Under the pieces are notes generated by a model, which had not been told where the DNA came from, did not search any database, and saw only the letters and a list, made by a program, of their open reading frames with translations. From an uncultured Candidatus Binatia bacterium (GTDB lineage: Bacteria > Desulfobacterota > Binatia > Bin18), in assembly GCA_965218395.1 (NCBI GenBank), contig OZ244620.1:1342930-1406929 (forward strand): a stretch of 64,000 nucleotides of DNA, given 5' to 3'. Shown piece by piece: positions 38,999 through 48,069 of the stretch; the stretch's first letter is position 1, and each line of letters begins with the position of its first letter. Position numbers and translations under genes: made by a program.

Positions 38999-39652
38999 TC
39001 AGTGCGGCGAGATCGCCATCGCCATCATCACCGAGCGTTCGATTTCGGCGATGACGCTGCCGACCTCGTGGCCGATCAGGTCCATCTTGCGCAACTGCTC
39101 GATACGGGGAGTGGCCCGTTCGAGTTCCCGGGCGGAAAATATGTCGCGCAGGAAGCCGGAGGCATCGACCAGACAGATCATGGCCACATCCCTGGGGTCG
39201 GGAATATCGTCGGACAGCAACACATCCGCAATCCGCAGTCTGACCTCGCGTTCGACGCGTCCGTCGATGGTCGGATAGCGCCGCGCCCGGAAGACCCACA
39301 GGAATTTCTTGTCCTGGGACTCCAGAATGCCACGCTCAATCAAACTGGCCAGCGCCTGCTGCCGGATTTCGGTCGTATCCTGGCCGGCCAGGGTCTCTAT
39401 CCAGCCCCTGGGGTCCTTGGGCTGACTGGAGTTCGCAATATGCGCCAGGGCCTGATCGAGGATCGGGTTCCCGGTCGGCGTCGGGTCGAGACAGGTGAGA
39501 TGTTCGAGGTCGTTATCGATGCGGTTGGCAAAGGCCAGGTCCATCAGCACCGCGCCGGCGAGGATGTATTCCACCGCCCCGCCACGGGTCGGCAGGAATA
39601 CCCCGTCGTCGTCCAGCATTAACAGCAGTATCTCTTCGGCAAAGGTCAGCAT
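38999..39652 (-). CDS. GPP34/GOLPH3-family protein
   Basis: LTFAEEILLL.LDD, LAGAVLMDL, L.ERGIL....KKFLWVF...RYP. Confidence 0.8.
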   Translation of the reverse strand: MLTFAEEILLLMLDDDGVFLPTRGGAVEYILAGAVLMDLAFANRIDNDLEHLTCLDPTPTGNPILDQALAHIANSSQPKDPRGWIETLAGQDTTEIRQQALASLIERGILESQDKKFLWVFRARRYPTIDGRVEREVRLRIADVLLSDDIPDPRDVAMICLVDASGFLRDIFSARELERATPRIEQLRKMDLIGHEVGSVIAEIERSVMMAMAISPH

Positions 39653-39661
39653 GGCGCGTCC

Positions 39662-39997
39662 TCAGGACTGGGCCGCCAGGGCACTCTCGCGTGTGTCGTA
39701 GTAGTCGAGCATGGTCAGGAAGCCGCTGACCTCCATGACGGATTTGCAGGTGGCCCTGAGCGTGCAGAGCATCAACTTGCCACCCCCCTGTTGGCATTTT
39801 TTTGCACCCACCAGCACGACGCGTAGGCCGGCGCTGCTGATGTAATCCATCTTGCTGCAATCAAGCAATATCCGGGTATCACCGCGCTCAACGACTGCCG
39901 AAATGTGCTGCTCCAGGTCCGGGGCGGTGGAACCGTCCACCCGCCCGTCCAGTGAGACCACAACCAGGGGGTCTATCGTTTGCTCTTCAATTTTCAT
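39662..39997 (-). CDS. STAS-domain anti-sigma factor antagonist
   Basis: GRVD, LDCSKMDYISSAGLRV. Confidence 0.9.
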   Translation of the reverse strand: MKIEEQTIDPLVVVSLDGRVDGSTAPDLEQHISAVVERGDTRILLDCSKMDYISSAGLRVVLVGAKKCQQGGGKLMLCTLRATCKSVMEVSGFLTMLDYYDTRESALAAQS

Positions 39998-40214
39998 CGG
40001 ACAGCCTTTCTCTTCAATCTCGACCGACTAGTCGTGTTCAGCCGTCTGGCTGAGGCAGGGATAGCACAGCGGCCGGTAGGCGGCAACCCATTTCTTGGCC
40101 GACGTTCGAGTCCTCCCACCCGTGGCAATCGTCACTCTTGGCGAGTTGGGCAATTGCTGGCAGAATGTCCCGAAGTCACGGGGCTGGACACCTCAATCGA
40201 ACAGGGAGATGCAT

Positions 40215-41435
40215 ATGCACAACGGAATTCTATCGGGACTGCGCGTAATCGACTGCGGGACCTATGTTGCCGGACCGGCCTCGACGACCATCATGTCGGA
40301 TTTCGGGGCCGAGGTGTTGAAGATCGAGCGACCCCAGGGCGGAGACCTCTACCGCTCCATGTCGGATTTACCCGGCTTTGCCAAGGCAGACCTCAACTGG
40401 GGCTGGATTCTGACCAGCCGGAATAAGAAGAGCGTCGCCCTCGACCTGGCTTCACCCCAAGGCCGAGAGGTGCTCATTCGGCTGGTCAAGACCGCGGACG
40501 TGTTTGTCTCCAACTACCAGCATCCGCTGCTCGAAAAGTTCCGGCTGACCTGGGCCGACCTTCAGCCGGAAAACGAGCGGCTCATCTATGCCCATCTGAG
40601 CGGTTACGGAGATGCGGGCGAGGATGCCGACGCACCGACATTTGACGCCCTGGCCTATTGGGCGCGCTCGGGCCTGATGATGAGCGTCGTGGGCATGGAC
40701 GGCACGCCCGGCGGCCCACGCCCCGGCATGGGCGACCACCCGACCTCGGTCTCTCTGTTTAGCGCGATTATGCTCGGCCTGTATCAGCGCGAACGTACCG
40801 GACGGGGCTTAAAAGTCGGGACCTCGTTGCTGGCCAGCGGAGCCTGGGCCAACGCCTGCGACCTCCAGGCCAAATTCTGTAACGCCACCTTTCCGGAACG
40901 CGGTGAAGACGGCACGCCGCCCAACCCGTTGGCGGCCGGTTATCGGAGTCGTGACGGCAAAGCCTTCTTGGCCATCCTGCTCGACCCCGACAAGGAATTG
41001 CCAAATCTGTGCAAGGCCCTCGGCCAGGCCGACCTGGCCACCAACCCGCTGTTCGCCACCAACGAGGCCAGGGCGGAGAATGCCACGGCCCTGTTTGCCA
41101 TTTTACAGGGCCAGTTTGAATCGCGGGACCTGGATGAATGGCGGGTGCTGTTCAAGCAGTCCGACATCAAATGGGCGCCCCTGCCTGTACGGGACGAGGT
41201 GGTCGAAGACCCGCAGATGCGGGCCGCCGGCGCTTTCGTGGATATGGAGTACCCTGGGTACGGCACGCTGACGACCGTCAACAGCCCCATTTTTACGACC
41301 GCCGGCGAAAAGCGAACACCAACCCCAGCACCGCAGTTGGGCGATCATACCGGCGAGATCCTGCGCGACCTGGGCTATGACGAAGCAGCCATAGCCGCGT
41401 TGGTGCGCGACGGCGTGGCCGCAGTTGGTGAGTAA
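40215..41435 (+). CDS. Family III CoA transferase (CaiB/BaiF)
   Basis: LSGLRVID, GAEVLKIE, RNKKS, GYG, PTFD. Confidence 0.9.
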   Translation: MHNGILSGLRVIDCGTYVAGPASTTIMSDFGAEVLKIERPQGGDLYRSMSDLPGFAKADLNWGWILTSRNKKSVALDLASPQGREVLIRLVKTADVFVSNYQHPLLEKFRLTWADLQPENERLIYAHLSGYGDAGEDADAPTFDALAYWARSGLMMSVVGMDGTPGGPRPGMGDHPTSVSLFSAIMLGLYQRERTGRGLKVGTSLLASGAWANACDLQAKFCNATFPERGEDGTPPNPLAAGYRSRDGKAFLAILLDPDKELPNLCKALGQADLATNPLFATNEARAENATALFAILQGQFESRDLDEWRVLFKQSDIKWAPLPVRDEVVEDPQMRAAGAFVDMEYPGYGTLTTVNSPIFTTAGEKRTPTPAPQLGDHTGEILRDLGYDEAAIAALVRDGVAAVGE

Positions 41436-41441
41436 CTTCAA

Positions 41442-41486
41442 CCGGCGGTGTCGGATTACGCTTGCGGCTAATCCGACCTACGGGAC
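41442..41486. repeat. Single GTAG-REP copy left of the R-M cassette
   Basis: tgtcggattacgcttgcggctaatccgacctac; same family as 13557-13587. Confidence 0.8.
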
Positions 41487-41679
41487 AGTGGAGTTGGGTG
41501 ACGCTGCACGTATCGTTCTGAGAAATGGGAAATACGATGAGCGATCCACCCAATATTGATCCATCACTTCGAGATTTCATCAAAGAGGAAGCAGACAGAG
41601 CTCGGGACGAAGCGTGTTCTCGGCACGGGAGAAATGCTTATAGATTACTTGATCGTCCCTCAAAATCCTGTTGAACTCA

Positions 41680-43020
41680 ATGCCGATGCCAATAGCGACT
41701 GAGACGCTTCCCAATACGAGAGGCACCCGGAATGACCAGAACAAGCTCCGGCCCGAAGACCGGCCGGTTCACGACTGGTATCGGTTTGTGCTGTCATTCC
41801 CACCCCACTTGGTCCGGGACTACCTCGGGCGATTTGGTGTTTGTCCCTCCGAGACGGTTCTCGATCCATTCTGCGGAACCGGCACCACGTTGGTTGAGTG
41901 TAAGAAACTCGGCCTGCGGAGTGTCGGAATCGAGTCGAACCCGATGGCGCAGCTCGCAAGCTCGGTAAAAGTCGATTGGTCGGTCGATCGCACCGGACTT
42001 TTAGACTACGCCGAGCAGGTCGTCACGTCGGCGAGAAAGACTCTGGAACAACAGGGGATGGATGAATGGACCGGTCTCCCATTGTTTACCACCACTGGTC
42101 AGGCACAATCGCCGCTGACCGAACTGCGTCCTGAGCAGTTAAAATTACTATTAAAGGACTCAATCAGTCCGCTCCCCCTGCACAAGACCCTGCTGTTGCT
42201 GGACGCAATTGACCGACAGGGCGACCGCCAGATGCAGCACTACGGACGGCTCGCGCTGGCCAGTGCGCTGGTACGGCGTATTGGCAACCTGAAGTTCGGC
42301 CCAGAAGTGGGGGTGGGGAAGGTGAAGGATGACGCTCCGGTCTTCGATGCCTGGCTTGACCGTGTCCGGTCCATGGCAAGCGACATTGGCCTTGTCGGAG
42401 ACCGAGCTGATGTGACCGCCCGAGTCATCAAGGCCGACTCCCGACAGATTGACCGGATTCTGGAGCCGCAATCGGTCGATACGGTCATCACGTCCCCACC
42501 CTACCCAAACGAGAAGGACTATACGCGCACGACGCGCTTGGAGTCTGTTATCCTCGGGTTGATACGCGACAAACAGGAATTGCGGTCACTGAAGCAGGAT
42601 TTGGTCAGATCCAATACGAGGGGCGTGTACAAATCGGATACGGACGATCTTGAGGTTGCGGACAATGTCGAAATACGGAATATCGCTGAAGCCATTGAGC
42701 AACGTCGGGTTGAGTTGGGAAAAACCTCGGGCTTCGAGCGGCTCTATCCACGTGTCACCCGGCTGTACTTTGGCGGCATGGCACGCCATCTGGCTTCCCT
42801 CCGGCCCGTCCTCAAACCGGGGGCGCGACTCGCTTATGTGGTGGGTGACCAAGCATCGTATCTGCGGGTTATGATTCGGACAGGTCACCTGCTTGCCGAA
42901 CTGGCGCAATCGTTGAACTACACCGTTACCGGCCTTGATCTGTTTCGGACCCGGCTGTCAACGGTGACCGGCGAGCAGCTTCGGGAAGAAGTCGTTCTGC
43001 TCGAATGGCCGGGGCACTGA
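41680..43020 (+). CDS. Amino-type DNA methyltransferase (likely N4-cytosine)
   Basis: Motif I DPFCGTGTT precedes motif IV TSPPY; LKPG. Confidence 0.88.
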   Translation: MPMPIATETLPNTRGTRNDQNKLRPEDRPVHDWYRFVLSFPPHLVRDYLGRFGVCPSETVLDPFCGTGTTLVECKKLGLRSVGIESNPMAQLASSVKVDWSVDRTGLLDYAEQVVTSARKTLEQQGMDEWTGLPLFTTTGQAQSPLTELRPEQLKLLLKDSISPLPLHKTLLLLDAIDRQGDRQMQHYGRLALASALVRRIGNLKFGPEVGVGKVKDDAPVFDAWLDRVRSMASDIGLVGDRADVTARVIKADSRQIDRILEPQSVDTVITSPPYPNEKDYTRTTRLESVILGLIRDKQELRSLKQDLVRSNTRGVYKSDTDDLEVADNVEIRNIAEAIEQRRVELGKTSGFERLYPRVTRLYFGGMARHLASLRPVLKPGARLAYVVGDQASYLRVMIRTGHLLAELAQSLNYTVTGLDLFRTRLSTVTGEQLREEVVLLEWPGH

Positions 43021-43835
43021 CCGAGAGGGGGTACGCTATTCCGTCCCGGAACCGCTATGTGGCGATCATTGAGGCGATTTTCCACGCTAAGTATCAACCT
43101 GGACAACGGGCGGTGGCGTTCGAGCGAGAAGACATCGTCACGTTCGCCTCCAAACTGAATATCCGGCTTCCCAAGAATCTGGGCGACCTGGTCTACAGCT
43201 TCAGATATCGAACGGCCCTCCCGTCCAGCATTCTTGCCGAGGCCCCCGCGGGAGAAACCTGGATCATTCGTCCCGCAGGGCGGAGTCGATACCAATTTGT
43301 CCTGGTGGCCGACCGACCGCTCATTCCTAACCCGAATCTTGCGGTAACGAAAATCCCTGACGCGACTCCCGGAATAATCGCAAAATATGCGTTCAACGAT
43401 GAGCAAGCCGTCCTGGCTCGCATTCGTTACAACCGATTGATCGACATCTTCTTGGGGATAGCCTGCTATTCGCTCCAAAACCATCTGAGGACGACTGTGC
43501 CTAACATGGGCCAAGTAGAGACGGATGAGATATACGTGGGTGTGGACAAGAGTGGCTCTCATTACGTCGTACCTGTCCAGGCCAAAGGGGAGAGGGACAC
43601 GCTCAGCAGAGTCCAGATTGAGCAAGACATAGGGCTGTGCGCCGATAGACTCCCGTCTCTGATCTGCCGGCCCGTTGGAGCGCAACCCATGCGGGATAAC
43701 CTGATTGTGCTCTTTGAGTTTGAGCAAGCGAGTGGCGATGTCAGAGTAGTTTCGGAAAAGCATTATCAACTCGTACCGCCGGATGGCGTGACCACAGAAG
43801 ACCTGACCGCATATCGACAACGCCTGTCGGATTGA
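43005..43835 (+). CDS. Putative PD-(D/E)xK-type restriction endonuclease
   Basis: Overlaps the MTase by 16 nt; ETDE...VQAK catalytic-like pattern. Confidence 0.7.
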   Translation: MAGALTERGYAIPSRNRYVAIIEAIFHAKYQPGQRAVAFEREDIVTFASKLNIRLPKNLGDLVYSFRYRTALPSSILAEAPAGETWIIRPAGRSRYQFVLVADRPLIPNPNLAVTKIPDATPGIIAKYAFNDEQAVLARIRYNRLIDIFLGIACYSLQNHLRTTVPNMGQVETDEIYVGVDKSGSHYVVPVQAKGERDTLSRVQIEQDIGLCADRLPSLICRPVGAQPMRDNLIVLFEFEQASGDVRVVSEKHYQLVPPDGVTTEDLTAYRQRLSD

Positions 43836-43838
43836 TAG

Positions 43839-43883
43839 CCAGTGGTGTCGGATTACGCCTACGGCTCATCCGACCGACGGGAC
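43839..43883. repeat. Single degenerate GTAG-REP copy right of the R-M cassette
   Basis: 39/45 identical to 41442-41486, same orientation. Confidence 0.75.
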
Positions 43884-43919
43884 TCTCTGCTCGGGGGCAA
43901 GAAAGAAAGAAGCGCAACC

Positions 43920-44471
43920 GTGGAACGAAGAATCGGTATGCTCGCCCTGATTCTGATCCCCGTATTCTGTCTTGGTCTCGTCAATCTCTCCTTCTCTGGT
44001 GACGCGATTCATCTGGAAAGCTGGCGGCAGAGGCCGAATGAGGGAAACTTTGCCCAACGGATTGCGGGAGTCTATCTCATCCGTCACCCCACAGACGAGG
44101 GAACGCCGAGTCCCTTCCGATTGATTTCCTTAACCGCAGGGGGAAATTGGGCCAGCACCCATTCCGGTCAGCACGACATCTTCAGCCCCGCCCGATTCAG
44201 CGACCAACACGGGGTATGGGCACGGTCGGGATGGCGGGAAATTACGGCTGAGGTGGTCGATTTCAACCTCGACGCCGCTACTGGAGCGCATACCGATATC
44301 GTGCGCGTCCGCTATGTGGTGCAATTCAGCAAAGATTTACAGTCCATCGCCGGCACGCAGATGGGGCGAGTCTTTCCGGTAGATCAAGACCCGCTTGCCT
44401 CGGATGCGGTGCCGGCCATGCAGTTTGACTCGATATTCACCGGACGGCGCGTGACGGTCGGGTCCGATTAG
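43920..44471 (+). CDS. Hypothetical exported beta-rich protein
   Basis: Basic then hydrophobic N-terminus; start codon uncertain. Confidence 0.6.
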   Translation: MERRIGMLALILIPVFCLGLVNLSFSGDAIHLESWRQRPNEGNFAQRIAGVYLIRHPTDEGTPSPFRLISLTAGGNWASTHSGQHDIFSPARFSDQHGVWARSGWREITAEVVDFNLDAATGAHTDIVRVRYVVQFSKDLQSIAGTQMGRVFPVDQDPLASDAVPAMQFDSIFTGRRVTVGSD

Positions 44472-44532
44472 CAACGGCGTGGGTGACGCCGAAGGAATCT
44501 GTCATGAGCGCTGTTATTTGCCGACCTGCGGA

Positions 44533-44727
44533 CTACGCTGTTTCCGCCATACAGGCTTTAACGTCGTCAATATCAAGGTCGGGGTAATACTTTTCACTAA
44601 TCTCCTTAAAGGGCATGCCTTCTTGGACCAGTTCCAGAACATGCTCAACTAATATCCGCGTCCCCCTGATACACGGTTTTCCGAAATGGACCTGTGGGTC
44701 TACACTGAGACGGTCACGATACTTCAT
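44533..44727 (-). CDS. DUF433 family protein (putative antitoxin)
   Basis: DPQVHFGKPCIRGTRI, YPDL..DDVKA. Confidence 0.88.
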   Translation of the reverse strand: MKYRDRLSVDPQVHFGKPCIRGTRILVEHVLELVQEGMPFKEISEKYYPDLDIDDVKACMAETA

Positions 44728-44817
44728 AGAACGTCTACCTTCCTGAGCGTCAGCCTGGGACCTCTGGGCATATCTTTGAAATAAACAGTCACTTCACCGC
44801 TTCTCATTCAACCAAAC

Positions 44818-45702
44818 TCAACGTGGATCGTTGGGGAGGCTGCGCTGGGTGAAGCCCACTACCATCCCAAAGGCTTGGTCCGGCCCGAGGATAATGGTGT
44901 CTGCGCCGTCCGGCTCGGGCTGGAGTTGCTTGTCTCTCAGAAAATCCTGGGCTTGGCCGAGGTCGGCGGTCTTGAATATCAGGGAATAGATGCCCTCACC
45001 GTTTTGCTCCAACTCACGGCCTTCCGGGCTGGTCGCAGCAAGAGGCTGGGTCAGTTCCACGACCGTATCTTCCCCGACGGCAACAAAGGCACTCTGCTTG
45101 CGACCCTCGGTGTGCTCTTCGTGGAGCAGGCTCCCGCCCAGGATGTCGCAATACAGCCGCTTGGCCGCGGACAAATCCCTGACGACTACACCGATATGCG
45201 AGGCGCGCTGGATGCCGAGCGGATGCCGGCGCCAGGGGGCGCTTGACCAGCCCGGTTCCAGGCGTGGGTCGGCGATGTAATCGCCGGACAGGGCAAACTC
45301 CAGTTGGCCTTGTGTCTGTCTCGGATGCGTCCAGATGGCCGCCGTATTGTATGGCGGCTGCACCTCTTTGCCGACAAGATTATAGAGCCGCAGGCCGGCC
45401 GTATCGAGCCGGGCGGAGATGGCCGCAACATCATCCACATACCAGGCGATGGAGTGGAAGTGCTGCCCGAAACGGTCGTGAAATCTTTTCACCGACGGAT
45501 TCCTGAGGTTCTCCACGCGGGCGGGCATCATCGGCTCCATGATGACATCCCCGATGGCAATCAGGGAGGCATTACGACCGGCCAGCTCTTCATAGCCGTT
45601 ATAGAAGCGCGTGACCGAGAACACGTCGTCATACCAGGCGTCAACGGCTTCGAGGTCGTCCACAACGTGGGTGAGATGAAACAGCTTGCCTATTTTGAAC
45701 AT
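44818..45702 (-). CDS. Two-domain VOC family protein
   Basis: FHLTHVVDDL, HSIAWYV, HIGVVVRDL, VEL.QP. Confidence 0.85.
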   Translation of the reverse strand: MFKIGKLFHLTHVVDDLEAVDAWYDDVFSVTRFYNGYEELAGRNASLIAIGDVIMEPMMPARVENLRNPSVKRFHDRFGQHFHSIAWYVDDVAAISARLDTAGLRLYNLVGKEVQPPYNTAAIWTHPRQTQGQLEFALSGDYIADPRLEPGWSSAPWRRHPLGIQRASHIGVVVRDLSAAKRLYCDILGGSLLHEEHTEGRKQSAFVAVGEDTVVELTQPLAATSPEGRELEQNGEGIYSLIFKTADLGQAQDFLRDKQLQPEPDGADTIILGPDQAFGMVVGFTQRSLPNDPR

Positions 45703-45719
45703 GGTGCCTCCTTTCAGCC

Positions 45720-46322
45720 TCAGAGAGAATTTAGAGCTCTCACCCGCCCGGCAAACGGTGCAAATCCGTTGGGACAGCGGGCTTCAAGTTTCTCCATATC
45801 AGTTCTTTTTGCTATCTCTGCATACATCTCTCTTGGACTGAGTTGAGAGGGAGCCTCATTTCTCAAATTTTCACATCTGCTCTTGGGATCGTCCTCAGAC
45901 TCAGGATTCGGTGAGAGATCAATATGCGTCCCTAACACCGCTGATAAGGCCTGCTCATCGGCAAGCATCCAGGCATCAAAAGTCTTGATTGCCACGCCGA
46001 GCGCTCGCGGGAGCGGCAATCGGGGATCATCCTGAGCCCGGTCGAATTGCTGTCCCCTCTCCTCGTCGCCATCTTGATCAATAACGAGAATGATTGCGTC
46101 ATAGCCTTCACGTTCGGCCAGACGAATCCAGCCCAAAGCACGCTTCTCGTAGCGTCCGCCTTTCCCCTGCTGTGTGTGCAGTCGAACTTCCGAGCTACTC
46201 ACTTTTTTCCGCTCAAAGCTCACGTTTCCATCGAGCAGTCTGGACGCCAGCATCACGAGAGCACCGTCAAGACTGTTGTCACCTAGTTCGTGTACTCCTT
46301 CGGAGACAACGAGAATTCTCAT
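45720..46322 (-). CDS. DUF4276-like TOPRIM-fold protein
   Basis: VVSEG..E, VIDQD (DxD), FDAWMLAD, DPK; ATGA-type 4-nt overlap with the ATPase. Confidence 0.72.
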   Translation of the reverse strand: MRILVVSEGVHELGDNSLDGALVMLASRLLDGNVSFERKKVSSSEVRLHTQQGKGGRYEKRALGWIRLAEREGYDAIILVIDQDGDEERGQQFDRAQDDPRLPLPRALGVAIKTFDAWMLADEQALSAVLGTHIDLSPNPESEDDPKSRCENLRNEAPSQLSPREMYAEIAKRTDMEKLEARCPNGFAPFAGRVRALNSL

Positions 46323-47521
46323 TTACTGGTTGCCACACGGGGAGAAGAGGTTTCGGCCAGGGCTTCATCACCTTCGGCTGTCCAGATCTCACCTAACGTG
46401 AACACGTCAATTTGTTCTTTGACAGTTCGGCTCTCGGAGAGCTGATGGACTACGACCGACCCATCCTTTTCCTTATGACACAGAGAGACCTCGCCGGGTT
46501 GGAACTGGTCAACAACATAAGGGGAATGTGTGGTGAGGATGATTTGCGTATGCCCTTGCTCGGCGATCAGGTCGCGAAGAATCTGGAGCACATCCTGCAA
46601 GCGTTTGGGGTGAATACCATTTTCTGGTTCTTCGATAAGGAGAACGCGCGGGGGTTGCGGCAGATATAAGACAGTCAGGTACGCCAAAACCAGGAGCATC
46701 CCATCGGAGACTTGAGCGGCGGGAAGCTCTTGTTTGTTTTTTTGAAATCTGAAGTAGAGTCCTTTTCCGTCAGCTCGCTCAAGCATAGGAATCTGTTCCG
46801 GATCGTCTATTGGTCCGGTAAATGCCTCTTCTCGAAGGAGCAGAATGGAATCGACTTCTGGAAAAATCCGCTTAAAGTGGTTCTCCAGATTCTCGAATCG
46901 TCGTCTGTCATAACCAAGAATGTCGTCCAGGCAGAGCGCTAATCCAAAGCCGGTCGATTCCATCCGAAACCGGCGTTTAGATTGTGCGGCAACAGGCAGG
47001 GAGAGCAGTCTTGGCACCCAGCGGTACAGGTGAACTCCGGAGAGAACGTGGGAGAGATCGCTCGCAACAGAGTGTTGATCAAAAGACACTTCTTCACGGC
47101 GACCTAGTACAGTAATCTCATACACCAAGGTTGCCCGAGAGAGGCCTAGGTGGCTCGTCTCTACAGCCTCCTCCGACTCAGAGTCAAACTTTAATACCTC
47201 TTCTGCGATTTTGACATCTCGACCCTTTTTCTCGAATCGGCATCCGAGCCTGTATTTCCAATCTTTCTCACCGACCTTCCCCTCGGCTTCAAGAGCAACG
47301 AGCTGGTCAATCTCCCCTTTCCATACGAGGTCAGTACCCTGCCAGGACCCAATAAATGCCTCTGGCAATTGATGATCCACGCTCCGACAGAGAGAGGCGA
47401 GGGCTTCCAGAATGCTCGTCTTGCCAGAGTCGTTCGGACCAATCAGGACATGCATGGGCGTCAGGTCCAGCGTCACATCGCGCAGAGCCTTGTAGTTTTG
47501 GACCCGAAAACGGATGATCAT
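46319..47521 (-). CDS. AAA_21/ABC-type ATPase
   Basis: NYKAL, GPNDSGKT, VSDG, LLIEEPENGIHP, TTHSP. Confidence 0.9.
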   Translation of the reverse strand: MIIRFRVQNYKALRDVTLDLTPMHVLIGPNDSGKTSILEALASLCRSVDHQLPEAFIGSWQGTDLVWKGEIDQLVALEAEGKVGEKDWKYRLGCRFEKKGRDVKIAEEVLKFDSESEEAVETSHLGLSRATLVYEITVLGRREEVSFDQHSVASDLSHVLSGVHLYRWVPRLLSLPVAAQSKRRFRMESTGFGLALCLDDILGYDRRRFENLENHFKRIFPEVDSILLLREEAFTGPIDDPEQIPMLERADGKGLYFRFQKNKQELPAAQVSDGMLLVLAYLTVLYLPQPPRVLLIEEPENGIHPKRLQDVLQILRDLIAEQGHTQIILTTHSPYVVDQFQPGEVSLCHKEKDGSVVVHQLSESRTVKEQIDVFTLGEIWTAEGDEALAETSSPRVATSK

Positions 47522-47583
47522 TTTTCGTTCCCTAGTCTGGATTAGCTGCCTCTAGGATAACATGAGACCTCGCGCCGCTTTGC

Positions 47584-48042
47584 TCAGTCGTTGTTGGCCC
47601 AGCTCTTTTCGTAGTTCGTGCTCATGCGGCCACGTGCGCGGAGGTGCTGAATCTTCCATTCTCCGTTCACTTTGACGTAATCGTCTTCATAGCGCGCCGC
47701 CAGCCACTTGGCCTGATTGTTCTCGTAGAACGTGAACGGTCCAAAGAAGTACCAGATGCCCGTGGCCCGCTCGCCGTCGATTTTGATGATCGGGTTCAGC
47801 ACCTGGTGCTGGGAGAAGCTGATCAGCGTCTGGAATTTTTTGAACAGCTCACGGATGGCCGCATGGCCCTGGGCCTTGCCGAAACCGGCACCTTCCCAAA
47901 TGCCGTCGTCGGCAAAAATCGTGGTGATGCGCTCCGGGTTGTGATCGTCATCGCAAATATCGCAATAGGTTGCCTTGAGTTGCTTGATGGCCTCAAGGTC
48001 CTCAATACGGGTTAATCTCTGTTCGAGCTCAGCTACATCCAT
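47584..48042 (-). CDS. SnoaL_4/NTF2-like protein (BaiE/LinA-like)
   Basis: EDLEAIKQLKATYC, FADDG, H.V.NP.I, Y.D.YVK.NGEWKI. Confidence 0.87.
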   Translation of the reverse strand: MDVAELEQRLTRIEDLEAIKQLKATYCDICDDDHNPERITTIFADDGIWEGAGFGKAQGHAAIRELFKKFQTLISFSQHQVLNPIIKIDGERATGIWYFFGPFTFYENNQAKWLAARYEDDYVKVNGEWKIQHLRARGRMSTNYEKSWANND

Positions 48043-48069
48043 TGTCTTTCTCCTTCCCGTGTTTCAGAC

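Noticed and set aside
38225-39622. Long antisense or overlapping ORFs (also 5132-6004, 27018-28013, 48436-49527, 53742-54668)
   Set aside because: Shadow frames of well-supported genes in GC-rich DNA, with no recognisable motifs.
41537-41675. ~45-aa ORF upstream of the MTase as an R-M controller protein
   Set aside because: No helix-turn-helix pattern or C-box evident; too short to support.
41436-47521. Integron cassette array
   Set aside because: No RYYYAAC/GTTRRRY attC pairs at gene ends, no integrase, and mixed gene orientation.
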